Assembly (NCBI GenBank): GCA_951406725.2
Contig: OX597817.1
Coordinates: 68,262,001-68,326,000 of the forward strand
DNA from: Octopus vulgaris
Taxonomy: Eukaryota
DNA: 64,000 nt
Direction of reading: 5' to 3'
The translations under genes were made by a program, and so were the position numbers. This document shows, piece after piece, positions 38,698 through 54,254 of the stretch. The notes under the pieces are model-generated. The model searched no databases. It was not told where the DNA came from and saw nothing but the letters and a program-made list of their open reading frames with translations. Position 1 is the first letter of the stretch. Every line of letters starts with the position of its first letter.

Positions 38698-38860
38698 GGC
38701 GACGAACTGGCAGAACATCTAGTGAATGGGGGCAAAGATGTTCAGCGGCATTTCTTCCGTCCTGACGTTCTGTGTTCAAATGCAGCCGAGATCAACTATG
38801 CCTTTTATCCTTTAGGAGTCGTTAAAATAATTACCAGTCAAGAACTGAAGGTTGAGTAAA
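38698..38860 (+). mobile_element. SINE family B, degenerate
   Basis: 'ggcgacgaactggcagaa...cagcggcatttc...gttcaaatgcagccgagatcaac'. Confidence 0.7.
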
Positions 38861-38865
38861 TCATC

Positions 38866-39170
38866 TAATGTGTCCTTTTTATTTTAAGGTACCGAAGTGT
38901 GATTTGAGAGAATCTTGGTGCCAATTCTAGCTGGTCAATAGACCACGCAGAGGGTTTCTTGTGGGTTAGAAATAGCACCAGTTGTTCAGCATGAAGTAAA
39001 TCTTCGCTAAGGTTCTTAAACGATTAAAAGCATTCCAGCAGCGATTTTCTAGTACTTTTAAGGCAATGTATATTTAGGACTATATTAGCATGTGTTCTGC
39101 TTTAACATGGAAGCGTGTGATTTAAGTTATTTGGTTCTATTTCTAGCAGATAAACTGGCCTCGTAGAAAG
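38866..39170 (+). repeat. Two tandem copies of an old interspersed repeat (related copies ~40400-40522 and ~50620-50781)
   Basis: Shared motif 'gtgtgatttga/aag...ttggt.ctatttctagcag...g.cc.cg.aga'. Confidence 0.5.
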
Positions 39171-42100
39171 AAGGCATATTCCCGAATCTGAAATAAATTG
39201 ACGATAGCTTGTGTGAGTAACTCTCCCTCCTCCCTCACTTACTCATTCATTCCCTCACTCCCTCCCTCATTCTCTCTATCTTTCTTGCTCTCTCCCTCCT
39301 TCTCCATGTGGTATACCTATAAGCATCGGTGATCACGGACCTCTATACCAAATTTAATGATCTCTCTTGGAAAAGATACACGGTTTTCAGTTACTTTTTA
39401 CAGGTTTGTTTACAACTTGCTCTGCTGGTCTCCTACTCTCTCAAACTTACACTTAAGGCACTGTGCCTGTTTAGTCCTTTGACTGATTCATGAGGCATTA
39501 GGATATATCCATAGGTGGTCCTACGTGACACATGTCTAAGGGGCGCTTTCCTCTGTGTCCTGTATGGCCTAACCACTGGACGAAGTCCTGTTGTTTGACC
39601 CTTAACCGGGGCCCTTGAAAGATAACACCACCCTTGGGTAGAAGTGATCTAGGAGTAGTGACGACCAAGGAGTATTTTCATACTCCTCGGAACTCCAGGT
39701 GCGGTTTAAAAGCATTTGTGAAAAGTCCAAAAATACAACTGTTGGGGAGAACAAATATATTTACCTGAAATTCTACAAAAAAAAGCAGATATGGTGTGCG
39801 TATTTGAGGATATTGTTAAAGGTAAGCATAGTGTTTTTTGCAACAACTGACAATCATGAGATGACTTAAGTTATAGATCTTTCACTAGATAGAGAAACAG
39901 AGACAGACACAATGCATTTCGGATTACTGTTAAGTGTAATCATAGTGGGTGTTGTAACAACTGATAATCATGAAGTGTCTTGTCTTAATTTACAGCTCTT
40001 TCGTTACACTTCTAGTGTTTTGATCATAAAGAAATGCAGTGATAGACTGATAGACGTAGGTCTTTCGATATATAGAGAGAGGGGGAAAGAGAGAACGAGG
40101 GAGGCCAGATAGGAGGACTTTTCTATCATATCTCATTTTAAGCCAATAAAAAAAATTATATATTATCCATATTTTCCTAGTTACGTATAATATCTAGAGT
40201 TTTGCAGCAGTATACTTATTCATTAAAAAAACAAATAAAAATAACAAAAGAACAAAAAGCAAGCTAAACTTATAGAATTAATTTTAAATGTAAATCTTCT
40301 GAATCAGGTTCGAAAAAACTCCAGATGTTTTATCTCATGTTAATCTTTGTGAAACTGACCCACGATCAAGTGTATTCTAATCGTTATTTTCACGTATTTA
40401 TATAAAGCCTAGAATATTTAGGACTTTATTAACAATGACCCTTTCGTTTTTTAAGACGGTAGGTAGAGTGTAATTTGAGAGTGGTTTGGTACTATTTCTA
40501 GCAGATAGTGCGATCATGTAGAAATGAGTAAAATCGAAACAGTTTTCATAATAAAGATCTTGTTTTATCTTCAGGGTAGAGCGAATTTCGTCTCTGAGAA
40601 TTACATAATTTGTAAGGATAAACTGCGACCTATTTTGTAGCACTTTGCATACCTAAATTGCAGAATCAATGACGGAGCGTTTAAGGGGTCATCGATTTGC
40701 TAAATACATGAAAATTTTCTCTTAAATTATTATCCTAGCCTTCTATTGGATAATGTGATCCTAAGTGCAATGGGTAAAGTAAAGAGTCGAATAATCAAGG
40801 CTGGAATGCTTTGATCATAGATCCTTTGAATCAGATCTGACCTGGGGTTAAACAGCAACAGCAGATATAATCGTACCTCCCACTCTATTTGTCCTTTAAC
40901 CACAACTCACCGGCTTCGTATTATATTTCTACCTCTTCCTTCACTAATTTTACAGTGTCTACTTCTTTTAGATAACAATGTACATACTATCTAAATATAA
41001 GCCTATATTATGCATACATTTCTCTTCCAATTAACCTCGGCTCAGAGCGTTTTGCTCAATCCTTTAATTTCGACATTGATTTTTCTCTTGGAAAATCTTC
41101 TTTGCTTGCATTTCTCTAAAGATCTGAATCTCAACTGCATAAACATTACCGATTTGAGGTGCCTCAAAAGTCATGTGCGTTAACATTCCAACACGAAATT
41201 TTATTCTCACTGTAATTCTGAAATTTTTCAAGTATCCATCCTCTCAGCAAGTTTTCTTAAAGAGAATTCATTGAACATATTAATACGTTGCTGATAACAA
41301 AACAGAGCAACAGAACTTGAACACTCCCTATATAGTTAAATAATAGCGGATTTGAAAATCAATGGATTTTTCGCCTTGTCAAGTAACTTAACATTTTCAA
41401 AACCAGAAGCGATCGTGAATTCTGTAATTAAACTAGATCTTCAAGCATTGTAGTTGTTCAAATACTAGAACCATTGTTACAGGTGAAAGTAACCATTGAT
41501 CGTTGAAAATCTTCCTTGTCTTTTGTTCAGATATTTAGATATTGCCGGTTTGCTGAAGTCAAATATTATTAGAGTGCCTAACTAAAGCAATATAAACTGC
41601 TAGCTCAAACTATGACAAACTATATAAATTATATTATTTTAAAGCACAACATTTGCTAGACATATATATTGAATTGGCGAGAGGTAATTACCATAGTACT
41701 TTTTGGCGGATTTTAGGCGTGATGAAATGAAGAGTGTGTGCACAGATGCAGAGAAATATTGGTGTATATAATTAATTTGCGTTAATTGCCCTGTAGTCAT
41801 TTGGACCAACTGTGTAAATTATGTAGCTGAAGTAATCATAATTGATATTGAAAATATAAGAGATGTTTTGTTTTGCTTTGTTTTGTTTTGTTGTACATTC
41901 TGTCTGGTAGTCATTACATTAAGAAACCAGCATCAGTATTCCGACACGCTGAGAAAATGAAAACAAAACCTACCTATCATGGGTACATCATGCACACGTC
42001 TGGAACGTGTTTCCTACGCACACATACACACACATAGACATACACAATACATACAAACACGCATAATGTAACACAATAAAAATATAGATATATATGTACA

Positions 42101-42565
42101 TACACACATATACCTACATGCATACATACATACATACATACATACATACATACATACATACATACATACATACATACAGACAGACAGACAGACAGACACA
42201 CATATAAACAATAGCTATAAGTTAAAGAAGGCTTTTGAAGTACCTGTGGTTTGTGGTTTAGCTACAAAGAGTACAGGGAGCTAGGGAACCAAAATGTAAT
42301 GACAGGTATTCAGAAGGATATAAGACTAAAAGAAACTACATAAATGGCTGGTTGTACTGTGGTCGGTGGATATGGTGTGGGTGACATTTTAACGGCTGTA
42401 ATGGCGTCACAAATGTGTCGTGATCGTAGTTAATGGTGGTGAGGCATGAACAGTTTTGAAAGCGTTTTTAATGTCGGTGTTTACGATGATTGGGTGGATG
42501 TTTGACGATAACAGATATGGGGAGAGACTGTACTGATGGGACGTATGGTGGTGGTGTTGGTGGTG

Positions 42566-42598
<33 letters not shown>

Positions 42599-43068
42599 AT
42601 GAAATAGGAGGGGCAAGAGGTGCTAGGAAAAGTTTGGCGATGGTTGTAACGAGGATGAGAAAGTGGGGATCAAAATATGTAATCTATAGTATACACATAC
42701 ATACATATGTACTTACGTACATACATACATACAAGCGGAAGCACACGCACACACACACACAAGCTGGCACAAAAAATATGAACGCAGAAGTGATAATATA
42801 TTTATTATTTACTGGAAAAGTAAAACCTATGAAACTGAAACTTAGAAATATTGCAGATGAAGTTTGATTTTAATTGAAATAATATGCTTTTCGCTGGATT
42901 TAGATGGGGTAGAAAGGGAAAATATTAAAGGGAAGACTAGGTTACCCTTGGATTGCATACTGGCAATGCTATTAAATTTAAGGGACATATTTTTCCTTCA
43001 TAGCACCTGCATATCTAATCGAAAATATACCACATGATTTATTCTGAGTCTGGGGAAAATAAATGATT

Positions 43069-43480
43069 GGCGCAGGCGTTGCTGTATGGTAAGAAGTTTA
43101 CTTCCCAACCACGTAGTTCAGGGTTCAATCCCACTGCGTGGCACCTTGAGCAAGTGTCTTCTAGTATAGCCTCGGGTCGACCAAAGCCATATGAGTGAAT
43201 TTGGTAGACGAAAACTGAAAAAAGCCCGTCGTCTATGTATGTATGTATGTGTGTCTGTCTTTGTATTTGTGTTTGTCTCTCACCCGCCGTTTGACAACCG
43301 GCGTTGGTGTGTTTACCTCCCCGTAGCCTAGCGGTTCGGCAAAGGAGACCGAGAGAATAAGCAGCAGTACTTTAGAAAAATAAGTACTAAGGTTGATTCA
43401 TTTGATTAAAATTCTTTAAGGTGGTGCCCCAGCATGGCCACAGCTTAACGACTGAAACAAGCAAAAGATAAAAGATAGAA
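43069..43480 (+). mobile_element. SINE family A, full length
   Basis: 'ggcgcaggcgttgctgtatggtaagaag...gggttcaatcccactgcgtggcacc...cagcatggcc...ctgaaacaagcaaaagataaaag'. Confidence 0.9.
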
Positions 43481-43902
43481 GCTTGACAAAACAAAAAAAA
43501 TGTGTGCACTTTGGGGCAGGTTGGTTGTGGGTCATATTTTATAGAAGATACGGGTGTTGGTGGGGTTGTTTCTGGGTATCAGGAGCCCAAAGTGTTGAAT
43601 TTCCCAAGTTTTATGGCGATACTTCCGGATTTTTGTCTCTCCTGGGGGTAAATTTTCAAACTTCATTAGCAGATAGCAGACCTCACCAAAACCACCATAC
43701 TTTTATCTCTCATTATTTCTGAACTATGGGATACAACTGTTTATTTGACAGAACTCGTATTTCTCTATGCCTAAATGTTAGCTCAGCTTCTGTTGGAAAA
43801 GCATACAAAGAAGGTAGCATTTTTAAAATTTTCAAAGATAGGTTACATCATTGTATAAAAACGTTTCAAGCCTCTTCCATCATACTTCTATTCTATAGAG
43901 GA

Positions 43903-44294
43903 CCAGCAGTATCGCCCGGCGTTGCTCGGGTTTGTTTCGACCCTTTAGAATTGGAATTTTTTAAAAGTAAAAATTTTGCGTTATGTAGCTTCTTATTCTC
44001 TTTAAGTGAACATTTTTCTGGTTGAAATACAACGAAAACTGGCGACACAGCAGTCAAAAAATCGTAAGAAATAGGGATTTTCATAGAAAAAAAAAGCACC
44101 TTTTTGATGTAAATAATTTTTGGTGTTAATATGGTCCGATTTGAATTTTATCTTCTACGGAAGAAAGAGCAAGCCTTCTTCTATCATACTTTCAATTTTG
44201 GCCAACTTGCGCCACAGGGTCTCGGAGGAGATAGTGTTAGTTGAAGGCTACTAAACCTGCCACACACAGACAACTTCAGTTTTATATTTATAGA
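43903..44294 (-). mobile_element. Complete short non-autonomous Helitron (~390 bp)
   Basis: 5' 'a|TCtataaatataaaactgaagttgtctgtgtg', 3' 'cccgagcaacgccgggcgatactgCTGG|t'; A/T insertion site, no TSD. Confidence 0.82.
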
Positions 44295-46866
44295 TTAATA
44301 TAAAATGTTCCATAAAGAATTTACTTCATAGGGGGAGTTAGTATCGAAAGAGTGGGGGAGGAATGCTTTTACATTTGAATGAAACCCAAAATAATTTTTT
44401 TCTATTTCAATTCCATCTTCAACTGTAATATTGTAAAACTTCCAATTAATCTCGTTCTGCACTTTTCCATTGATAGTATTAATACTGAACCTGCATTTCG
44501 TGTTAAACCACTCTTTTTATAGGCAACACTTTTTTAGGGCCAAGAAATAATATTTTTTTTACATAATACTTATCATTATTATTGACTGAAATGCGTTTGC
44601 ATATGCAAAGAGGACTAAGTTTTGAACATGTACTAAGGACTATATATAATGCATGTTGAATAATAGAATGAATTATCTTCGGCAATGTTTATTTAACATT
44701 ATAAAATTAAAATAACATACATTTGTTACATATTTTTACGAATAACATTTTATTAACAATATATTTTTACAGGAAGAAAAGAAACAAAAATGTACGTTAA
44801 AAGTATAAACGATCAAACTAACAAGGTCCCCTCACCAGCTACCTCACCAAAGAAACAAAGGGAAAGGTAAAAATGGAGAGAATTAAACAGCAGAAGACGG
44901 GGTAGGGAATAACGTGTTGTACACCCCAGAGCAAATGATGTGTTCAGCTGCGCCTCGCAGATAGGCTTGCAAAGGCGTTGCCGCTGAGAATGGGCAGTAG
45001 CACTTGCTGCAACAACTGCCCAATGGCTCATTTCACAGACGGACCGCAGTAATCCTGATTTTGGGGTCGAAATCAATAGTGCAGGGCCTGAGAACACCTG
45101 AGATCTCGACGGCAGCGGCCGGTCAGGCTCCTCCATTTGTCTATCTTTGAGACAAAACTAAAAATGCTAACGGCAAAAAATATTGAATGTTTTCAAAGAG
45201 TTCAAACTACATTAAAAAAAAAAACAGGAAAATTTTATAAACTGACAAAAATTAAATTATATAAAAAAAATATTCAAGGAGGAACTCAAGATGAAGAAGA
45301 AACACGCCAATAATGCAGCAGTAAATGAATTAAATGGCGCCAATCAGGAAACAGTACAGCAATATGAGTTGAACAATTTGATGCAAAAGCAGTGTGATCA
45401 CATGCATTCTTTTGAAACATCATGATCACACAGCGTGTCTCCACGGCGTAATGTAAATGCGAAATATTTAAAATAGTTTTAATTTTTTAGATATTGATTT
45501 TTCTGTTCGTTTTCACTCCTCACAACACCCCGGGGATCCCTTTTCTCCCATGAAATACAGCTATGATGCATACAGGATGTGAACAAAATTACAGCTGAGG
45601 ACTAATAACCGATCCAAGTGGTAGAGAATATTTTTAACCGGGAGCGAGAACCAATTACAAGTCTATAAGACATTTTAAAGACGCATCTACTCAGAAAAAT
45701 TATTCATTAGTTTTATAATCTCACACTAAATTAGTAATTTGGGCTGAAGGCTTAAATGGTGTTTTCAGAGACGATTTGAAACGTTTAAAATTTGTCCAAA
45801 TTTGGCGATAAAAATTAGAAATATATGGATGCAAGCTATTTCGTTTTCTCATTAATAAAGAGGTGTCGGTGTGGAATTTACTAAATAATTCGATGTGTAT
45901 CGTTTGGGTTTTGGGAATAGCTGCACTGATGTATTCTTGTATTTCTGTGAAGCAGGTGTCTTTATTTTGAAGGTCAGTAGGCGGGGTTGATACAAAAAGG
46001 GAAATTTTGGAAGAAAATTGTTCTTCAAAACTTTGGTTGTTTTTTTGTAGCATATCGAGATTGAAAACCTCCCTCATTTCGCCTACTATATCAGTGCCCC
46101 TCCACCACCACCATCACCACTACCACTACCTCGCATGCGCGGAGAGCATCGATATTCCGTTTGCCGAGGAAAGGGGTTAATTTGAAAATATTTTGAAATT
46201 TTGGAAGAAAAAAAACAAACTTGTCAGAGATTTGACAGATATTTGAAGCATCTCGAGCGACCGTATTGAGGATCTTTCCATTTCATGTGTTGGTTCGACG
46301 AGCATCAACGCACATGGAAATGTGACGCCAAGTTTAAAAACATCCGGAATATTGATATACGGATGAGATGGATATTCCAAAATCCGAGAAGAGAAGCGGG
46401 ATATTTAGATGAAATTGAAATTTTCAAAATAAGAAAAAAATCTGAATTAAAATCCCCGTATTTTTCCACGTGTAAATTACGAAAAAAGAATAAAACGAAA
46501 AGTTTCTATACATGGTGGTAGGATTAATGGAATTTTTGAAAAGCTCTTTTGGGGGTAATACGGTAAGTTACGTAGGTGGATCAATTTGAAACAACCCTTC
46601 CCCGAACTGTCATTGCATTCCTATGATGTTTTGAAGCTTGCAATAGCAGCTTAGGATTAATTTCCTTTTTTCAAAGCTTAGTCTAACTCCCTTCCTTATT
46701 TCTTACGGATTAAATCTAAAAAGAAATAAAAACTGAGTAATCAGCTGTTAAAGTGCGCATTTATTTTTGGGCATATATATATATGTATATGTATGTATGT
46801 ATGTATACATATATATGTATACATATATATACATATATATATATGTACATATATACATATATATAC

Positions 46867-46912
<46 letters not shown>

Positions 46913-48951
46913 GTATATATATGTATATACATATATGTATATATATATACATATATGTATATACATATATATACATATATAAATACATATACATGTATAT
47001 ATATGTGTGTGTATATATGTATATATATATTTATATACATATATATTTTTTACAGGCACATTACATAAACATACGCACATATATCTAGTTTAAGTTTACA
47101 TGTTCCTGTGTGTACAAATGAAGAAAGGAGCGAACGAAAGAGGATATATATATATATATACTTTTCGATAACAATCAGACATTCTTCCTTCCCTCGTTAC
47201 TCAGAACTTCACTCACACATGCTAGATATTTATGCATACGATCTGCCAAGCGATATTAGTGATTCTGTTCTACTATTATCTACATTATATTATGAATTCA
47301 GCAATATCGTCTGCAAGATCATATACGCACATCTTGTGTGCATGTGTGAAGTTCTGAGTGTGTGTGTGTGCGTGAAATTCTCAGTAACGATGGAGTGAAT
47401 CACCGACAGTTTTCCAATATATTTATATATAATAGGCAGCGTGGTTAAATGCTTTTCTCGAAAACCGTCTGTGCTGTACCTTGTGCAAGCGATTTCTGCT
47501 ATATTCTTCAAATGACCAATATCCCGGGAGTGTATCTGCAATTATACTTGCATTAACCCCATTTATTGAATCACGTTCGAGTTTTGCAATATAAGAGAAC
47601 TGGAGTGCCATTTAGGTAACCATTCTAAGAACATCTCGTACATGTCCAAACAAATATCCTGAGAGCTTTCCTTCCAATATTCTCTCTTGTTCTCAAAGTC
47701 CTCACATTTCTTTGTTTTATTTAATTTTTTATTTTTGCAGCCTTTGGTGTTTTCTCTTATTGCTATACATTCAAATACTGCTCTATTCTAGCATAAAACC
47801 CTATTCTGTGCATAACACGAAAGTCTGCACGTCTCTCAGCTTGTCTACTGAAAGCGGTACCCGTACATAAATTGGGTTTGATTCTTATGAAAGTGAAACT
47901 ATTTTCATGCTTGGCTGTTGATTAAAAAGCTTACGTCGCTACCACCAGTGTTCGGTTCAATTTCAATTCTCGGCATCTTGACCAGTTGCCTGCTACCCAA
48001 ACCTCGGATCAACCAAAGCCTTCTAAAAAAAGTTTGGTGGACGGACACTCCGGAAATTGATCAGAGAGACTGCTTCTGTCCAGGGTGGAAGACGTAAACT
48101 GTCGCCTTGTTTAACAACACTACCTAGCATTTTAGTACCTTAAACGGTGTTCACCCTTTTATAATTTTTTGTCAGGTCTCAGGTTAGCGGAAAAATGTCT
48201 GCATTTCCTTTCATCCCTCACAAGTCGTGGAAACCATGGAAAGGAAAATGGACGCCGCTATTCTGCTTCTAACTAATTTATTACTATAAAAAAGCCAAAA
48301 AACTGAATTTGGTATAGATTATGTATCAACAGACAGCGCTTACGTTAGCCGACTACTGACATACCTTGGCCTCCAAGTAGTGTCAGATATACCGTTTGAA
48401 GCACCACAAAAATTGCAAATCAAAAGGTTAATATGGCAACACAAGAAGACGTGCAGATACGAAATGGCTATCATTAATTTCATTTTGCAAGGATTTTTTT
48501 TTTTAATGAATCATCAACGCTTTAATTTATTTTTAAGAGCTATATCTCCTAATCAAGATCACCAGAAACATCATGTGTTCGCTTTCTCTTACTGCTCCCC
48601 ATTTAATGATAATTGATTATTTGTGTTGTCTGTTCTCCTCTAAAATTGATAGACATAAACGTCTAGTTTCTGACAATATCGAACGTCTATGACACACTGT
48701 CACTTCCCCACAGAAACAAGACCAGACAGGTTTCGATAGGCTTCCTTGGCACAGTTTTAATTCTCTCAAATTAGATTCTGCTCTTTATAATTTTAAGGTT
48801 AATAGTAGTAAACTAACTGTAGACTTCAATATTATCGATTTTGATGGAAAAGTGATAAGTTTACCAAGAAATGGTTTTCTCTACTGACTTCAAATATAGT
48901 CACTGTTAACCATTATACACGATTTAAGTGTCAATAAAATCACATACATGA

Positions 48952-49018
<67 letters not shown>

Positions 49019-49043
49019 TACATATATACATATACATACATAC

Positions 49044-49137
<94 letters not shown>

Positions 49138-49715
49138 CGTTCGTTTGAAGTGGTGGTGCCTGGATAACGGAAATTAATTTCTGACTTATAACAGCAATGT
49201 TTGGATACACTAGCATATCTAGATCTAGATCTCTCTCTCTCTCTCTAAAATATGCACGCGCGCGTGTGTGTGTATGTGTGAATGTATGAATGTATGTGTA
49301 TGTGCATGTTTGCAATATGTATGTTTATATGCGTGCGTGCATGCATGTATTTCTGTTGACACCCATAGTGTTATAACAGTAGCAGATGTTTCATTTTACA
49401 TTCAGTGTTAGAACAACTTAAGTTTTGAGTTTTAGCTTTCGTTAATCATGCAAAATAAATATTTACGCAAAGAAGGAAAATCAAACCAATGTAAAGAAAC
49501 ATCACCTGGTAAAAACGTGAAGCAAAACAGAATTACATTACGTTAATTATGCCTCCCCCTCACAACAGAATGACAAATGAGAGAAAAAAAAATCAATCAA
49601 AACTTGTTATTCATTCGCCTCCAATTAATGGAAATCATTTCTGCATAATATGAGTGAGTCTTATTTGATTATAGATAAATGACCTATATTTATAATAGTG
49701 TTTAAAGTATGGTTT

Positions 49716-50582
49716 CAGATTTTGGCACAAGCCAGAAATTTTATGGACAGGAGTCGGTCAATTATATCGATCACAGTACTTGATTGGTACTTATTTTACC
49801 GACCCTGAATGAACGGCAAAGTTATCTGAGTTCAGAACTTAAATAGCCGGAAGAAATACTGCAAAGCATTCTGTCTGAAATGCTATCGATTCTTATTTCT
49901 TTACTGCTCACAAGGGGCTACACACAGAGGGGACAAACAAGGACAAACAAACGGATTAAGTCGATTATGTCGACCCCAATGCGTAACTGGTACTTATTTA
50001 ATCGAACTCGAACGGATGAAAGGCAAAGTCGACCTCGGAGGAATTTGAACTCAGAACGTAGCGACAGACGAAATACTGCTAAGCATTTCGCCCGGCGTGC
50101 TATCGACTCTGCCAGCTCACTGTCTTAAAGGTGTGTAAAATATACTTTCCACAATTAGCACACACTAAAATTTGGGGGGAGAGGGCTTATCAGTTATGTC
50201 GGCCCCAAGTACTTGACTTGTACTTACTTTATCGACATCGAAAGGATTAAAGGCAAAGTCGATCTCTACATAATTTGAACTCAGAACGTAAAGACGGACG
50301 AAATACTGATAAGAATACTATCCAGGTTGCTGACAATTTTGCCAGCTTGCTGCATTTTATAATAATGATAATGCATTCTACTATATGCCGAAAGCCTAAA
50401 ATTTATTCATAAGGGGTAATTCGACGACACTGATCCCGCTACTCAACTGGTGCCTATTTTATCGATCCCGAAATGAAGAAAAGCAGAGTCGACCGTAGCG
50501 GAATTTGAACTCAGAACGTAAAGATGGACGAAATATAGCTCAGCGTTTTGTCTAAGGTGCTAATGATTCTGCCAACTCGCTG
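49716..50582 (-). mobile_element. Cluster of four head-to-tail SINE family B copies
   Basis: Four occurrences of 'ggcaaagtcgac....ggaatttgaactcagaacgta...gacgaaata' (approx. 49716-49870, 49892-50120, 50160-50350, 50395-50582). Confidence 0.85.
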
Positions 50583-50781
50583 ATTTAGGGGTGTGCAAAT
50601 TAAGACGTGACGTTTATGTCACTATCCTTGTTGATTTAACACCAGGTTAGCCCTGATCGAGCAAACCTTTGATAAATAGACATTCTAGGTGTGTGACCAG
50701 TACGTCTTTTTCAGTAAGTATGTCCAGGACAACGTAACTACATTATCCAAAATATAACTGGTGAGTGTAAGGGAAATTTAG

Positions 50782-51217
50782 GAATCTTTTCGGTTTGAAC
50801 AGCAGCTTTTAACATAATTTCTAGGTAACTAAAAAATGTTAAACTTCGTATACTGGTAGAATGTGTTTATAAAAAATCTTTTTCTCATGGCTTTATTGAG
50901 AAAATTCTATAGTTTGTAAGATATTTGTTGTTGTTTTTCTTCAATTTCTGCAATTTCAACCAATCAATTAGGTCCATTGAGGTAAAAAAAAACATTCTGT
51001 GCCGTATGAATATGTCCCTCGTTTAAGAAACAGATTGGGTTTATTTACATCTGTGAAGAAAAAAAGATACCCTTCCCCCCACCCCTAATCCTAACCCTAA
51101 CTAACCCTAACCCTAAAACAGATTGAAATGCACTCGATCAATACTAGGGTCATAATTATGGGTGACAGTTCCATATGACACCGCTAGAAAAAACTGCCGT
51201 TCAAACCGAAAAGATCC
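50782..51217. mobile_element. MITE with ~28-bp TIRs and 8-bp TSD
   Basis: TIRs gaatcttttcggtttgaacagcagctttt / aaaactgccgttcaaaccgaaaagatcc; TSD AAATTTAG at 50774-50781 and 51218-51225. Confidence 0.9.
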
Positions 51218-51700
51218 AAATTTAGTAGTTATTTTATGCAGCTTTCACTTTGGCTTCTGACGTTCTTGTTTTGCCGAGGGTGCCTGAGAATAGCGTTCTT
51301 GTTGCAGACTCTGTACACTTTGTACACTAGTATATACTGTCATTAAGGGGTTCGTTTTCAGGACACAGACTCCACGACTCACTTTCGACAGAATTCCCGT
51401 TTTATTAGATTGAAAGTCACATCTCACTTTATTTTTCTATGCTCAGTTTCAACGGAATGTCTAAATATTTTATACCTTTAAAGCTATCAGACATCCACAT
51501 ATATACACAAATTATTGACAGTTAAGTCCTTTTAATATAAATATTTGGTGTTGGTATATATCGGTTCCTATGTAATACTACAATATTATACATATCGAAG
51601 ACTTTCTCCCCTATCATAAACCAGAGATGCGCGCGCACACACACATACAATAAATTGACGTGTATGACTTTTAATTCAAACAATGTTAAACGTTCAAAAA

Positions 51701-51870
51701 AGACGGCGAGCTGGCTGAACCGTTAGCATGTCTGACAAAATGTATTTCTTCGGGCACTTTACGTTCAGAGATCAAATTCCATCAAGGTCGACTAGGCTTT
51801 CTTTCACTTAGGAGTCAATACAAGAAGTTCCAGTTGAGCACTGGGAGTAATCTGATAGACAGACCCTCTT
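51701..51870 (+). mobile_element. SINE family B, degenerate
   Basis: 'acggcgagctggctgaaccgttagca...ttacgttcagagatcaaattcc..caaggtcgac'. Confidence 0.7.
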
Positions 51871-52451
51871 CCCAGCCCCCGAATTCCAGAATTTGCAGGA
51901 AAAGTTATAAATTATATGTAAATGCATGTTTGAGATAGAAAATGACATCAAACGTCATTCTTTAACATGCCAATTAAATTGCACTAGTAAAAACACTGCA
52001 TAGAATTTTCGTCTCCGTCTCGCTACAGTTTATATGAAAAAATATAAGCCAATAATTCATATTTATTTCTACTATCGAGATGAGGGTTGAAAATTATCGT
52101 CAATGTAATGGAATCGAGAGGATATCTTACTATATGAGCAAAACATATGTGGAGTTGTCTCCCGTACTTGCCGGAAGACAAATCAAAGTGATATAAACCA
52201 TTCTCTTACAGCTTTGTTTCTCGACGCCTAAGTGTCGCTAATTTGTTATTTAACGCGTTTTTAATTATTTGTTCACATTAACTGAACTGTTAGTGAAAGA
52301 AGCTTATGTACAAGCTAAGAATCAGACGAACTTGCAGTGAGACTGTGGAGACTTCTATGGTGGTAAAAAGTTTCATTAAGGTTAAGAAACATTAGATATG
52401 TAATATATACACTATACCTATTTTAAAATTTTAATTGATTCAATGAATGAA

Positions 52452-52650
52452 ACCGCGGCCGTGCCCGGGCACCACACCGAAGGGTTTAGTCCAATAAATC
52501 GATCCTGTTATTTATTGTAAATCTGGTACTTATGCCGAACCGCTTGGCCACGGGATACGTAAGCAAACACTGAATGTCAAGCGGTGGAGAAAAATACAAA
52601 GACACACACACACACACACATTTATGTATATGATGGAATTTCCCGTCGAC
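52452..52650 (-). mobile_element. SINE family A, degenerate 3' half
   Basis: 'gcggccgtgc...caccac...ggtactta.gccgaaccgct...gtcaagcggtgg'. Confidence 0.55.
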
Positions 52651-53188
52651 GGTAGCACTGAAGAGTTGCGGGCATTCATGTAATGTAAATGATATCAACG
52701 AAATCATGGTACGTGGGTCATCACCAAATTTTGTATCTTTTCTTTTGTCTTGCTCGCTTTACGTTCTGTCGTTTGCCGAAATTTCTTGAGGACAATTTTC
52801 TTCATAGTTAGACCATTTGGGGTCTTCTTGGAATCCACCTGGTAGTCATACCTCTTTATATATGTAATATAATATTTTTAATCTTCGGATTTTTTAAATA
52901 TGCTAGGTCACTGGTTTACATTGATATCAATTAAATTAATATTAATTTCTACCCTCATTATTTAACTTTTATATATAAGAATATATATATATATATAAAC
53001 GATATATACATATTTACAGATATTTGTTGGATCGCTGTTAACTACTCACGAGTTTCCCCGCTTTGACGGGTCTTATTCATCGTTATACATACATAATGCG
53101 GATCTTATTTTTCCTTATGCATACATACATACATACATACATACATACATACATACATACATACATACATACATACATTCATACATAC

Positions 53189-53254
<66 letters not shown>

Positions 53255-53261
53255 TATTATA

Positions 53262-54254
<993 letters not shown>

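Noticed and set aside
41040-41210. Possible APE endonuclease N-terminus on the minus strand
   Set aside because: The motif match is too weak to support.
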